Shown here one piece after another: positions 11,621 through 25,735 of a stretch of DNA of 64,000 bases. Under the pieces are notes generated by a model. The model made no database searches, was not told where the DNA came from, and worked only from the letters and a program-made list of their open reading frames with translations. This DNA comes from Macrostomum lignano (lineage: Eukaryota). Where the stretch lies: assembly GCA_002269645.1 (NCBI GenBank), contig NIVC01000337.1, positions 248,001 through 312,000 of the forward strand. Direction: 5' to 3'. Position 1 is the first letter of the stretch; each line of letters starts with the position of its first letter. The translations under genes were made by a program, and so were the position numbers.

Positions 11621-13559
11621 TGAGCCCCCAGGTGGTGCCGACGGCCCTGCGCAATTGCGCGAGGACTGCGAAGGCCTTTTTGGCTTTTGTTTGAACGTGG
11701 GGAGACCAGTTCAGCCTGTGGTCCAGGGTAATACCCAGACATTTAGTCTGCTTGCAGAAGGGGATTTCCCTTCCGTAAAGCGTGAGCGGCCGAATCTGCC
11801 ACTTGGTCCTGCTGGTGAACATGATCGCTGCGGTCTTAGTCTCAGAGAGCCTTAAACCACAGCGGTCCGCCCATTGCTCAGCAGCGTAGATGAAGTTCTG
11901 AAGAAGGTCCCTGAGGGTATCAGGGGACGGACCAGATGCCACCGCGGTGACATCGTCCGCATATCCAACTTTCAGAATGGGGTCAGGCCGAACATCCCGG
12001 AGGAGCTCATCGATGACCATATTCCAGAGAACTGGAGACAGCACCCCACCTTGCGGGCTACCTTTGCAGACGGGGACCGTCCTCTGGTAGCCCAGCAGAC
12101 TGGCGGTGGCCGTGCGATGGCTGATCATGTACATGATCCATCTGGTGAGATGTGAGTGCGTTAGCCTCTCACAAAGAGCTCTTCGGAACGCCTCAAAGAG
12201 GACGTTATCGAAGGCGCCAATGATGTCCAGGAAGATCCCCAGAGCAAAGCCACTACCAAGCACGGCCTTCTCGAGTTTATCGACCAGGACGTGCAGCGCG
12301 CTTTCAGTGGAGCGACCCGCCCGAAAAGCGTGCTGGTTCTCGCTGAGAGGTTTGTTCTTCAGCTCAACAGAGAGAAGGCGCCAAAGCACCAGTCTCTCCA
12401 TCAGCTTGACCAGGGAGGAGGTCAAGCTGATCGGTCTGAAGGATTTGATAGAATGGTAGTCCGGGCGGCCTGGCTTAGGGATAAAGATCACCTTTGCCTC
12501 GGTCCATGCCTGCGGGACATAACCAAGCGTGATGCATGCCCGAAGAAGGCTGCAAAGTTTGCGCAGGAAGCCTGGGCATTTAACCGCCTCTCTTAGAAGG
12601 GCCGGTACAATGCCGTCGGGTCCTGGGGCTTTGAAAGGCTTGAAGGAATTTGCCGCTCTCACAATGCGGTCCTCCGTGATGATAGATGCAGCCAGCGCGT
12701 GACCTCCCTCCGAGTGATCCGGAGTGGTCTGGTTAGCTGGCTCGTTAGGGAAAAACGCAGTGAGCATTACATCAAGCGTTTCCCCTGGGTTGTCCGTGGA
12801 CGTACCGTCGGTGCGTTTGACCGAGGAGAGCTTAGACATTTTGTCCAGCGTGAGCGCTTTCACAACTCTGGAGGTGGGGCGTGAGCCCTCTAGCTCCTCA
12901 CAGTATTGTCGCCATTTTTGAGCCTTTGCATTCCTAACCTGCCTTTTAAACTCATGAATTGCTTCATGATAGGCGGTTTGGTCTGCAGGGCTCTTAGTTT
13001 TAGTTGCTCTGCGGTGGAGTCTCTTAGCCCTGCGACGGAGGTTGCCGAGCTCGGGATTCCACCACGGCGCCGATTTTTTCCCTTTATAGGCTTTTAAAGG
13101 GCAGGACGCCTCAAAGGCGGCGGTTAGCGTCTCTGTCAAAACAGTCGCGCACTCATCCGCCTCTCGGCACGACGTGATCGTGAATGGTTGGCCAGGAGAC
13201 CGATGGAATTCCTTCAGGGCGAGCCCGAAGGTTTCCCAATCAGTATTTCTGGCGTTCCGTCTCCACATAACACGAGTTGCGCTACGCGCGGCCATTAGGT
13301 TGAAGGAGATGAACTTGTGATCCGATAGTGAGGACACTGGAAGCACCCGCCACGCCCCAATACTCTGGTAGAGTCTGGGCGTTGCGAGCGTAGCGTCGAT
13401 CACCTCCGACCACCGTCCGTTGTCAAAGGTAGGGGTGGACCCAGAGTTGCAGAACTCGAGGGTCGTAGAGGCAACGTAGGCTAGGAGGTCTTCGCCTCTC
13501 TGATTAATGCCAGTGCTGCCCCAGTGAGTGTGGTGGGCGTTGATGTCGCCGGCAACCAT
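11556..13559 (-). pseudogene. LINE ORF2, part 1: C-terminal half of AP endonuclease plus reverse transcriptase
   Basis: VAGDINAHHTHWGS, IDATL, SDHKFI (APE); KAPGPDG, FRPISLTS, QHAFRAGRST, FLDIIGAFDNV, GSPQGGVLSPVLWN, YADD, LGITLD (RT). Confidence 0.92.
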
Positions 13560-14299
13560 GAGCTCGTAGTTTTTGGCAGAGCAGAGCTTAGAGACTACAG
13601 GTAGAGATTAGATATCACAAGTAGAGATGAGAGACTTCAACTAGAGATTTTGTGGTGGAGAGTAAAGATTAACGTTGGCAGGTGAGATTAGAAGTCATAC
13701 ATAGTGGTAGATTAGATCAAATCAATCAATGGAACCTGCAGGATGAGATGAAAGAGATAAGCAAGAGAATGAGTAGAGAGAGCTAATCGAAGATTGCTCA
13801 GACCAGCTCAGTGACTCAGCCGCAGACTGCAAGGCAGACTCGGACACGTTGCTATTCAGGAATCTGGGAGGGGGGCGGGGATTGAGTCCTGGCTGGCAGA
13901 TGTTCACTCTCATCGTGATGGGATAAAAGAGGAGCAAAAGACGCCGGGGATCGTGAGTGACATCAAAGACTCGAAAAATCTTTTGTTGAATTTTCAATTC
14001 TGCATTCGAATTGGCCTGCCGCCCCCCCCCCTGCAGAAAAACATCTGCAGACATCTTTGTCTACTAGAAGAGAGTTTCGCTCAGTTGCTTGTCGGCTCGG
14101 AACTGCGTCGTGCCTCTCGATTTCATGGATTCTGGGCACGACGGAGCTCCAGTCTTTTTTCTAAGAAAAACTATTTTATTTTCGTTCCAGAGGCTTAAAA
14201 ATTGCTGTCTCGGTACGCAAGACACTCTTTATAAACTGGTAATTCGCATTGATTCTTAGAAATTCTGTTTATTTAGAAGTTTTTTGTGATTTTTTAAAC

Positions 14300-14570
14300 A
14301 AATTTTTCTTAGAAATCAGACTATTTTCTTGGAAAATCCGTTAAGATTGATTTCTAAAATAAAAAGCAGAAATTAGAGTTGGCCTGGAATCCGTTTTACG
14401 GGAAATATTTTCTTAGAAAGGTACATAAAAATTTCTTAGAAATAAGGCTATTTTCTTAGAAAATCCGTTAAGATTGATATTTTAGAATAAAAAAACTGAA
14501 ATTAGAGAGTTCGCCCGGAATCCGTTTTACGGGTAATGTTTTCTTAGAAAGGTACAATAAGTTTCTTGGA
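14300..14570. repeat. Two diverged tandem copies of an AT-rich unit of about 128 bp
   Basis: TTCTTAGAAAT...AAAATCCGTTAAGATTGAT...GGAATCCGTTTTACGGG...TTCTTAGAAAGGTACA occurs twice. Confidence 0.8.
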
Positions 14571-15269
14571 AATATAATCCAGAGTTATACGCGTTTCTCG
14601 TAAAAATGAAATGAATTACGTCTTCATTCTTTGAATTAGTCTCTGAGGATATAAAGAATTAGTTTCTGTAACATGAGCCCCTGCTCCGTATAATTTAGGC
14701 ATTTTCATTGCCCCGTGACCCCTAAATGCGGGGGTCAAGCCCACGGGGGGTCGTGAAGCGAAATCAATCGATAGGTCTGTCCCAGTCGGATCCCATATCC
14801 CCAGCAATATAAATCCCATCATCCATCTCAGTACCTTTTCGCATAGATTAATCCACAGGTCTCAAAGCGCCATTCTCACGCCCTTGCCCGGTACTGGCGA
14901 ATCAATGATGATGCGCGTCTTCTCAAATCCAGCTTCCTCAGTCAACTAAGTCAACTGTGTAATCAATCTCTGCGACCACACTGAATCGACAGGTATCGCA
15001 GCCCTCCTCCCCCCAGATCTGCTCTCCCAGAGGATTATTATATCATCGATAACACACACTTGATCGCTGAGGAGAGGAGCTGTGGGCGGCGAGCAAACAG
15101 GCTAGCAGAGCCTCTGCTCAACTGAGAATCTGCTGGCACAGCCAAGGCTGTTTGGATTGGATGATAATCATTGTCTGGGGAGGTTTGATAATGCAAATAG
15201 AATCGCATTATTTAGCTTAATAAACATGATTACCTAATTGTGGGGTCCGGATTGCAGTCATGTCTTACT

Positions 15270-16010
15270 CAGCGAAGGGAGGGGAAGGACAGGTGAAGGG
15301 AGGGGAAGGACAGGTGAAGGGAGGGGAAGGACAGGTGAGAGGAGGGGAAGGATAGGTGAAGGGAGGGGAAGGACAGGTGAGAGGAGGGGAAGGACAGGTG
15401 AAGGGAGGGGAAGGACAGGTGAAGGGAGGGGAAGGACAGTTGAAGGGAGGGGAAGGACAGGTGAAGGGAGGGGAAGGACAGGTGAAGGGAGGGGAAGGAC
15501 AGGTGAAGGGAGGGGAAGGACAGGTGAAGGGAGGGAAAGGACAGGTGAGAGGAGGGGAAGGACAGGTGAGAGGAGGGGAAGGACAGGTGAGAGGAGGGGA
15601 AGGACAGGTGAGAGGAGGGGAAGGACAGGTGAGAGGAGGGGAAGGACAGGTGAGAGGAGGGGAAGGACAGGTGAGAGGAGGGGAAGGACAGGTGAGAGGA
15701 GGGGGAGGACAGGTGAAGGGAGGGGAAGGACAGGTGAAAGGAGGGGAAGGACAGGTGAAAGGAGGGGAGGGACAGGTGAAGGGAGGGGAAGGACAGGTGA
15801 AAGAAGAAGAAATACAGGTGAAGGGAGACGGGTGCAGATGAGAAAAGACAGGGGAAGGGAGACAGGTGCAGATGAGAAAAGACAGGTGATGGGAGACAGG
15901 TGCAGATGAGGAAAGACAGGTGAAGGGAGACAGGTGCAGATGAGAAAAGACAGGTGAAGGGAGACGGGTGCAGATGAGAAAAGACAGGTGAAGGGAGACA
16001 GGTGCAGATG
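15270..16010. repeat. 21-bp minisatellite (GGGAGGGGAAGGACAGGTGAR)n grading into a 34-bp variant
   Basis: Direct inspection. Confidence 0.95.
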
Positions 16011-17509
16011 AAGAAGAGCAGTTTTGGTGTTTAGTCTTACCATGCTTCAACGCTACACCCAGCTTCAACATGCAGAAATTAGTCTCAGTTTCACTGACAC
16101 ACGACGCATTGCCTCATCAGCCTCGCTGAGCCATGGGGTGTCCAGCCAGTGCAGCCGCGCTCCTATTGGCTGGGCCTCCCAGCCAATGGGAATCGGCCTC
16201 AGCAGATCCAGTCTAGCATGGCAAGACAGCAGACAATTTAAGGCGGGAACGTCGGCAATTCGGGCCGCGAACTCCGCACGAGGGTCATCAAAAGACTGAA
16301 ACGGGTTTCGAAGGCCCACAGCAATCTGGCGAACTCGGCTGCAACAATCGAGTTAGCTGCTTCAAAACAGTGAGTTGCTTCTGCTTTTGCTCCGGGCAGG
16401 TGGTGGGGAAACGAGGTCAGAATTTTGCTCATCCTCAGAGCGGCAAATCCTCGGGGCCTGCAGTTCAGGAGAGAAGGGGAAATCTTATCAGCTTTGCCTC
16501 CCGACCCGGCCCGCAAATCCCTTTGGCTTTTTGGCCTTTTTGCTACAACTCAACTCGCCTGGCTTGAGCAATGCAGGCTGAGCTCAAAGCAGCTCCAGTG
16601 GCTTAATTATCCCCTTGTAGGCTTTCGAACTTTCGATTAAAACCTCTCTGTGTGTGTATCGAAATTAGCCAGGTAACTAACTCGCTTGAGTCAAACACGG
16701 GAACAGAGCAGGCAGTTTTTTGGCTAATCAGATCTTGATAGAGTCGGTCCTGTGTGCGTCACCGGCAGCTCCTCTGCTTCTGGAGAGCCCCAATGTTTGC
16801 CCCGGCGGCCATAGCGGGTCTTGGAACTGCCGCTGTTTGGCCTGAGCAAATTCTTTCACTGCATCCTCATTTCTATATTGGGGAATGGAAATTGCCAAAT
16901 TTACCGCCCAGATTCCTTCCTGCACTCCCCCAAGACTGGATGGAGAGTTCCGCTGAAAAATCTCGGCCGGTTTCTTAATTTAGTGGAGTCTGCTGCTCAC
17001 CTGGCTGAGAGGGGTGGGGGTTGGCCCATAGAGGGCGGGGGTCGCCGGGGTCTCCTCTTCAGCGCCCTCTTCGCCCTCGAGAGCCTCAAGTCCCGGTGCC
17101 TCTCCTATTTATACTCCCGCAGCGGGCTGGGGAATCAAGTGGAAGCCTCGCCGTCCTCTACAGCCCCACACGATTGCATCATCGGGGAAGCGCTTGAGCA
17201 ATATTGTTCGGGATCAAAATCCCATTTTTCAGTTTGAGAAAGATTTTTGAGAAAATAGAGGCGTGGCGAGAATTGAGCTTTAGGAAATTGGTGGGGGATT
17301 TTACCCTCTGACACAGCTGCACACAGAACCTGCTCCGCTCCGCTGCTCTTCTGGGACTGGCTCTGGTCAGATCCCGATTCGGGTTCGGTGGATTGATGGC
17401 TGAGGGATGCTAAGAGAGAATAGAAGAGAAGGATGCTGAGAGGCTGAAGATGGAGATGACAAGATAGCAATTGAAATAGAGGGGAACAAAGAAGAGTTGA
17501 AGATGAGGA

Positions 17510-18005
17510 GGGTGAGACAGAGAGGGTGAGACAGAGAGGGTAAGACAGAGAGGGTAAGACAGAGAGGGTAAGACAGAGAGGGTAAGACAGTGAGGGTAAG
17601 ACAGGGGGTAAGACAGGGAGGGTGAGACAGGGAGGGTGAGACAGGGAGGGTGAGACAGGGAGGGTGAGACAGGGAGGGTGAGACAGGGAGGGTGAGACAG
17701 GGAGGGTGAGACAGGGAGGGTGAGACAGGGAGGGTGAGACAGGGAGGGTGAGACAGGGAGGGTGAGACAGGGAGGGTGAGACAGGGAGGGTGAGACAGGG
17801 AGGGTGAGACAGGGAGGGTGAGACAGGGAGGGTGAGACAGGGAGGGTGAGACAGGGAGGGTGAGACAGGGAGGGTGAGACAGGGAGGGTGAGACAGGGAG
17901 GGTGAGACAGGGTGGGTGAGACAGGGAGGGTGAGACAGGGAGGGTGAGACAGGGAGGGTGAGACAGGGAGGGTGAGACAGGGAGGGTGAGACAGAGGGTG
18001 AGATA
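17510..18005. repeat. 14-bp minisatellite (GGGTGAGACAGGGA)n
   Basis: Direct inspection. Confidence 0.95.
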
Positions 18006-18639
18006 AAGAAGGTGAGACAGATGAAACGACAAGCTAGAAGCTGAAACGCAGAGGCTAGAAATCAAAGTACAGAGGATTCTGCAGAGGTGCATGGCAACCG
18101 TGCAGCACGCAGGCTCCACAGTGGCACTCCAGCTGTCGTACTTGAACAGCTGTTGAAGACCTCAACTCAACTGCTCATATTTCTGGTATTTGTTTTCATT
18201 AATCCCACTGGAACCTGCCACCCACTGGGATCTCAGTGGCACCCGGCCTGTCAGCCAAGCAGAAATCAATATTGAAAACGGCCGGGAGCTCCCAGTTGTA
18301 ATTACGGTAAAGTATTTTCATATATAAGCCCCCCCTGATCTGTTTTGAATTTCTCTGCCAGTAGATTCTTCTTTTGTGTGTTTCACTGGGGCTTGTTTGC
18401 TTTCTCTTTCTGGCTGTCTGGCTTGCTCTGGTTCGTTTGCTTTCGCAGTGTTCTTCTCTCTGCTTTCACATGTAACTGCCTCACATGGGTGCCTCTGAAT
18501 GCCTCTGTATAGTGTCGCTTGTGCATTCCTGTCTCTGCGCCTCCTTGAATGTAATTGAGTATCTCTGTGGGCTTTTGTGTGCCTTTTAGTGACTGCGTGT
18601 CTCTGGGTTTCTTTGAAAGTCTATGGGCTTCTGCGCGTG

Positions 18640-19050
18640 TCTATAGGTGTGGAGGTATTTATGAGTGTCTATGGGTGTCTATAGATGCCTATGGATGTCT
18701 ATGAATGTATATGAATGTCTATGGGTGTCTTTGCTAGTATATGCGTGTCTATGGGTGTCTATGGGTGTCTATGGATGTCTATGGGTGTCTGGAGGTATCT
18801 ATGAGTGTCTATGGGTGTCTATAAATGCCTATGGATGTCTATGAATGTCTATGGGTGTCTATGGGTGTCTATGGGTGTCAATAGGTGTCTTGGATGTCTA
18901 TGGGTGTCTATGGATGTCTATGGGTGTCTATGTGTGTCTGGAGGTATATATGAGTGTCTATGGGTGTCTATAGATGCCTATGGATGTCTATGAATGTCTA
19001 TGGGTGTCTCATAGGTGTCTGTAGGGTGTCTGTAGGGTGTCTATAGGGTG
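18640..19050. repeat. 10-bp minisatellite (GGGTGTCTAT)n; second array at 20150-20350
   Basis: Direct inspection. Confidence 0.9.
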
Positions 19051-21604
19051 TCTTTTTGGCATTACTAACGCTGCTTTTGCTAGAGACTTGAGGTTACGTA
19101 CAGGGCCTTTCAATGCTTTAGACAGTCTCTGGCTGTCTCATATTCCCGAGAAGCCACTGCTCAGGGCTGTCTCAGTTACAGAGGCAGACAGACCCGCTCA
19201 ACTGTGAATTCCCCAAACCAGCAGCAGGGAGCTCCTGTGCAAGGCAGACGAATTCAAAGATGCATCGCCCCCCCCCGCAAGCACCTGGCGAGGCCTATTC
19301 AATCCGGGTGACGCAACAGGGAACAGGGACCCCGGCCGCACACAATAATCCCTTAACAGGGTCGTCCAGTCCCCCCCGTTGGTCTAAATAATCTCCCATT
19401 AATACCCTCCCCTCCCAGTCCTGCAGCTTGCTACAGTCGCAGCCCCCTACCAAAAATATTTTGTTGACGGACAGTCGTGAAGTGGCGCCCGATACACCTC
19501 CGCGCTCCCTTCACTGTCTTCTGCTCCCAGAAAGAGGATTTCTCACCGCTCCCCAACCCCACAGAATATCCGATTCCAACTTCTCCACTAAAATTGACCA
19601 AAAGCAATTAAAACACGGGAGCCTCAGCTTAATTTCTCCCTGCCACTCTCTCACCCTCCCTCTCACTCACTTTCGCACGCTACTTTCTTTCTGAGTTCGC
19701 TTCTCCTAATGGCTTTTTAACTGTAATTCACATTCACAGCGCGGAGTGGAAAACCAATTTCGCTTTTCGTACGCAGCATTTGTAAGTTTTCTCAGTATTT
19801 CTGCTCCAGCCACTGTGAGCGCTCCCGTGATTGCAGCAAGTGGACAAGCAGGTGCCAGTTTACATCCCGCTGCCTGTTTTTTTTGTCCTTTTGTCAGCAC
19901 TAACAGGACCCTCCTGCTCCACTAGAATCATATCAGCTACCCAGCTTTATGGCACTTCCGTATGAGCCTGATCGATAGGGCCGTCTTTCTCTCCCAGTTA
20001 TGTCAATCTATCATTTGCGGCTCATCGGCCTGCGTGCCCTTTGCTACTTGAATTTGGAGGGGCCAATACCATAGATATAAATAGAGCTTTGACTGGAAGG
20101 CGGTGCATGACTCATACGCAATGTCTGTGGGTGTCTTTCAGGGCCGCTGGATGTCTGTGGGTATCTTTCAGTGTCTATGGGTGTCTATGGGTGTCTATGG
20201 GTGTCTATGGGTGTCTATGGGTGTGTGTGGGTGTCTATGGGTGTCTATGGGTGTCTATGGGTGTCTATATGGGTGTCTATGGGTGTCTATGGGTGTCTAT
20301 GGGTGTCTATGGGTGTCTATGGGTGTCTGTGGGTGTCTATAAGTGTCTATGGATGTTCATGAGTATCCTGTATTGGTTTCTTTTAAGCGTTTCTGTGTTT
20401 TGCCTTCTGGCACGCTGGTTCGCCTTGAGCCTGAAGGTACGTAAGGATCATTCGATGCTTCGGACAGTCTCTGACTGTCTCATATGCCTGAGTAGCCACT
20501 GCTCAGCGCTGTCTCAGTTGTAGAAGCAGACAATCCAGAGATGCAACCCCGCAAACACCTGGTGAGGCCATTTCAACCCTAGCTCCTGGCTACATGGGTG
20601 ACGCAATGGGAACAGTGAATATGCGGAATTTCAATTTCTAAAATAATTAGCTGATAATTGTTTTGACTGGTGTGGCTAAAATTCCCATTTTTTATATTTT
20701 CGCGAAAATTCTAAATTTTTCTAAGAATTCGACATTGGCCCGGGGAGTGCGCGGGTTGCGCAACCTGAATTTATTATGAATGAAAACACCACCCGGCGTG
20801 GATTAAACACCCGCAATTAGCGGGGATCCGGGGCCGGGGCGCCCGTAGTTTAAGAATTCGATCCCAGAGAGGAATTTTCACCTGTAAATCCCATCACTGC
20901 TTTGCAGTCCGGTTGCTGAGCGGGATAGAGCGCACATCATTAAGAGGAGCCGGGCCAGAAATCCCTGGCGATAAAAGAAAGCAAAAAGAAATCTGTGATA
21001 AGAAAAATCCAGGCAGTTGCAGATCCCCAGAAACTTCCTGAACAAATTCGTGACTAATTTATAATCATTACCTGCTGCATCAATTTCTACACTATTCCAT
21101 AAATTCACTTCAAGCTGACTGACGCGCAAATCAGGTGCACTTTTACCGGGCTGTGTGACAGGTAAACCGGGTACAGTCATTAGTCTGTGTGACAGGTAAA
21201 CCGGGTACCGCTAGTATCAGTCTTGAGTCACAATTATAGGCACGAAGGCACAATTGATCGCACAAAGTCTGCTCACTGGGTAATTAGCGATAATTCTCAA
21301 AACTCTCGATGGCAGAAACAGGTAGCCTTCATTTCTTAAGGCCGCCACTCAGCTTCCAGCTTCTCCTCCTCCATCGCTCTCAGATTTCCCATTCTATTTC
21401 CCTCTCAGCTTCCTGCGCCAACCCCGGGCATCAATGCCAGCCTTCTTCTGCTTTCGCATCCCTCCGGCTTTCCTTTCCAATCTCCGAATTGGCTCCGATT
21501 GCTGCTAGCTAGTGGGTTTTCCCGATAACTTCTTTTCCTGCGCTATCACCCACTGACTTGAGGACCCACAGCCATTGAACTGCTGGAGGTGACCGAGACA
21601 TACG

Positions 21605-22875
<1,271 letters not shown>

Positions 22876-23979
22876 GGACCCACTGTCATTCATCGGATAG
22901 CCCGCACCGGCTGACCACGGCAAGCCTCGGCTGCCCACCTGCCAGCCTGCCAGCTGTTTGCCCAACCGAGCAACTGGGCAAACAGTGGCCTCAAGCTTTC
23001 CCTCTCCCACCTCCCCCCTGATGTCTGCAGCCAGCAGGTGACTTCCTGACGCCGTGGTATTTTTTAACTCCCAAATCCCACAGCTCAAGACTGACCGACG
23101 GGACGCCTTACCCTGGAGCAGGCGGCGCTTAAACTGACTAATTTCAGTCATTATTCCAGCTAACAGGTGAGCATTGCTGTGGCTTATTGTAAGAGAGCTG
23201 AAATCATATTTGCTAATGATTGCTATTTGAGTAGGGACCAATTCTGTAAAGGTGTGTGTTTTCATAGCTCACAGTTTGCCATTTGGCAGCCCAGCAGTCA
23301 CTTCCTGTTAGCAGAATTTCCTAGACATTCCTAAGTGGGAATTAAAAGCGACCCCGAGTTCTCATGGGATCAGCGCGAGTAGCCCAGGTGAAAAAGTGCA
23401 ATAACTTTTCTCCTGTTCTCCTCCTCTCCGGACATCCCCAACGCGGTGAAGCGTCAAGGAAGCTGCACACATCTCCTCTAGAAGACGCTCCCAGGAGTCT
23501 AGCTTTCGTCTTCTCCTCATAGCCAGATCCGAGTCCCCAGCTTCATCGGAGTCAGGAGGGAGCGGGGCCTCCGCCGCTGTCAAGTGCAGACCGGCACTCG
23601 GCTCTCTCCCGGTGTGTCCGAGCGGAATGCAAATGACTCCCGCAGCCCCTGCTCAGCTCTTTGAATCCTCAATAAGTCGTCAGAGTTCCCGAAACTCCTT
23701 CGCTCCCCCCTCGGGCCATGCGGATGAATGCCCGGGTACCCCATGGCAATGGGAGGCCCTCACTTTGGAATAAAACTCTCTATTCACTATAATCCCCATA
23801 TCTCAGTGGCGATATGCCTGAAAAACTACTGGAGGCTTTGCCCCCCGGGAGGCGAAGCTCTCAATTCAGATGAAGGTATTTGATGGATTAAATATTCACA
23901 CAGGAGTGGCTTAGAGACAAAAATGGGTGGCGCAGCCTCTTAGTCATGCTTTTATGCGGTGGCATTAGCGCTGGAGATC

Positions 23980-25735
23980 GATCCGTTCCATCTATCTGCC
24001 GATCTATTGCATCCATCTGCCGATCTATTGCATCTATCTGCCAATCTATTGCATCTATCTGCCGATCCATTGCATCTATCTGCCGATCTATTGCATCCAT
24101 CTGCCGATCTATTGCATCTATCTGCCAATCTATTGCATCTATCTGCCTATCCATTGCATCTATCTGCCGATCTATTGCATCTATCTTCTGATCCATTGCA
24201 TCCAACTTCCGATCTATTGCATCTATCTGCCGATATATTGCATCTATCTGCCGATCCATTGCATCTATCTGCCGATCTATTGCATCTATCTGCCGATCTA
24301 TTGCATCTATCTGTCGATCTATTGCATCTATCTGTCGATCTATTGCATCTATCTGCCGATCCATTGCATCTATCTGCCGATCTATTGCATCCATCTGCCG
24401 ATCTATTGCATCTATCTGCCGATCTATTGCATCTATCTGCCGATCTATTGCATCTATCTTCTGATCCATTGCATCCAACTTCCGATCTATTGCATCTATC
24501 TGCCGATCCATTGCATCTATCTGCCGATCTATTGCATCTATCTGCCGATCTATTGCATCTATCTGCTGATCTATTGCATCTATCTTCTGATCCATTGCAT
24601 CCAACTTCCGATCTATTGCATCTATCTGCCGATATATTGCATCTATCTGCCGATCCATTGCATCTATCTGCCGATCTATTGCATCTATCTGCCAATCTAT
24701 TGCATCTATCTGCCGATCTATTGCATCTATCTTCTGATCCATTGCATCCAACTTCCGATCTATTGCATCTATCTGCCGATCCATTGCATCTATCTGCCGA
24801 TCTATTGCATCTATCTGCCGATCTATTGCATCTATCTGCCGATCTATTGCATCTATCTGTCGATCTATTGCATCTATCTGTCGATCTATTGCATCTATCT
24901 GCCGATCCATTGCATCTATCTGCCGATCTATTGCATCCATCTGCCGATCTATTGCATCTATCTGCCGATCTATTGCATCTATCTGCCGATCTATTGCATC
25001 TATCTTCTGATCCATTGCATCCAACTTCCGATCTATTGCATCTATCTGCCGATCCATTGCATCTATCTGCCGATCTATTGCATCTATCTGCCGATCTATT
25101 GCATCTATCTGCTGATCTATTGCATCTATCTTCTGATCCATTGCATCCAACTTCCGATCTATTGCATCTATCTGCCGATATATTGCATCTATCTGCCGAT
25201 CCATTGCATCTATCTGCCGATCTATTGCATCTATCTGCCAATCTATTGCATCTATCTGCCGATCTATTGCATCTATCTTCTGATCCATTGCATCCAACTT
25301 CCGATCTATTGCATCTATCTGCCGATATATTGCATCTATCTGCCGATCTATTGCATCTATCTGCCGATCTATTGCATCTATCTGCTGATCTATTGCATCT
25401 ATCTGCCGATCTATTGCATCTATCTGCTGATCTATTGCATCTATCTTCTGATCCATTGCATCCAACTTCCGATCTATTGCATCTATCTGCCGATATATTG
25501 CATCTATCTGCCGATCCATTGCATCTATCTGCCGATCTATTGCATCTATCTGCCAATCTATTGCATCTATCTGCCGATCTATTGCATCTATCTTCTGATC
25601 CATTGCATCCAACTTCCGATCTATTGCATCTATCTGCCGATATATTGCATCTATCTGCCGATCTATTGCATCTATCTGCCGATCTATTGCATCTATCTGC
25701 TGATCTATTGCATCTATCTGCCAATCGATTGCACC
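23980..25735. repeat. 21-bp minisatellite (GATCTATTGCATCTATCTGCC)n with higher-order variant blocks
   Basis: Direct inspection; variant order recurs in the translations. Confidence 0.95.

Larger units (their letters stand above)
10167..13582 (-). mobile_element. 5'-truncated non-LTR retrotransposon, LOA/R1(I-group)-like, with 16-bp TSD
   Basis: TSD AGAGCTTAGAGACTAC at 10151-10166 and 13583-13598. Both copies carry the GCTT variant that other array units lack. The 3' end is ...GCTAAGTCAAAA. Domain order APE-RT-RNase H-CCHC. Clade assignment is from domain order and motif memory, not a search. Confidence 0.92.

Noticed and set aside
14616-14945. Minus-strand ORF MMGFILLGIWDP... as a gene or viral fragment
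   Set aside because: Short, stops in neighbouring segments of every frame examined, no recognisable motif.
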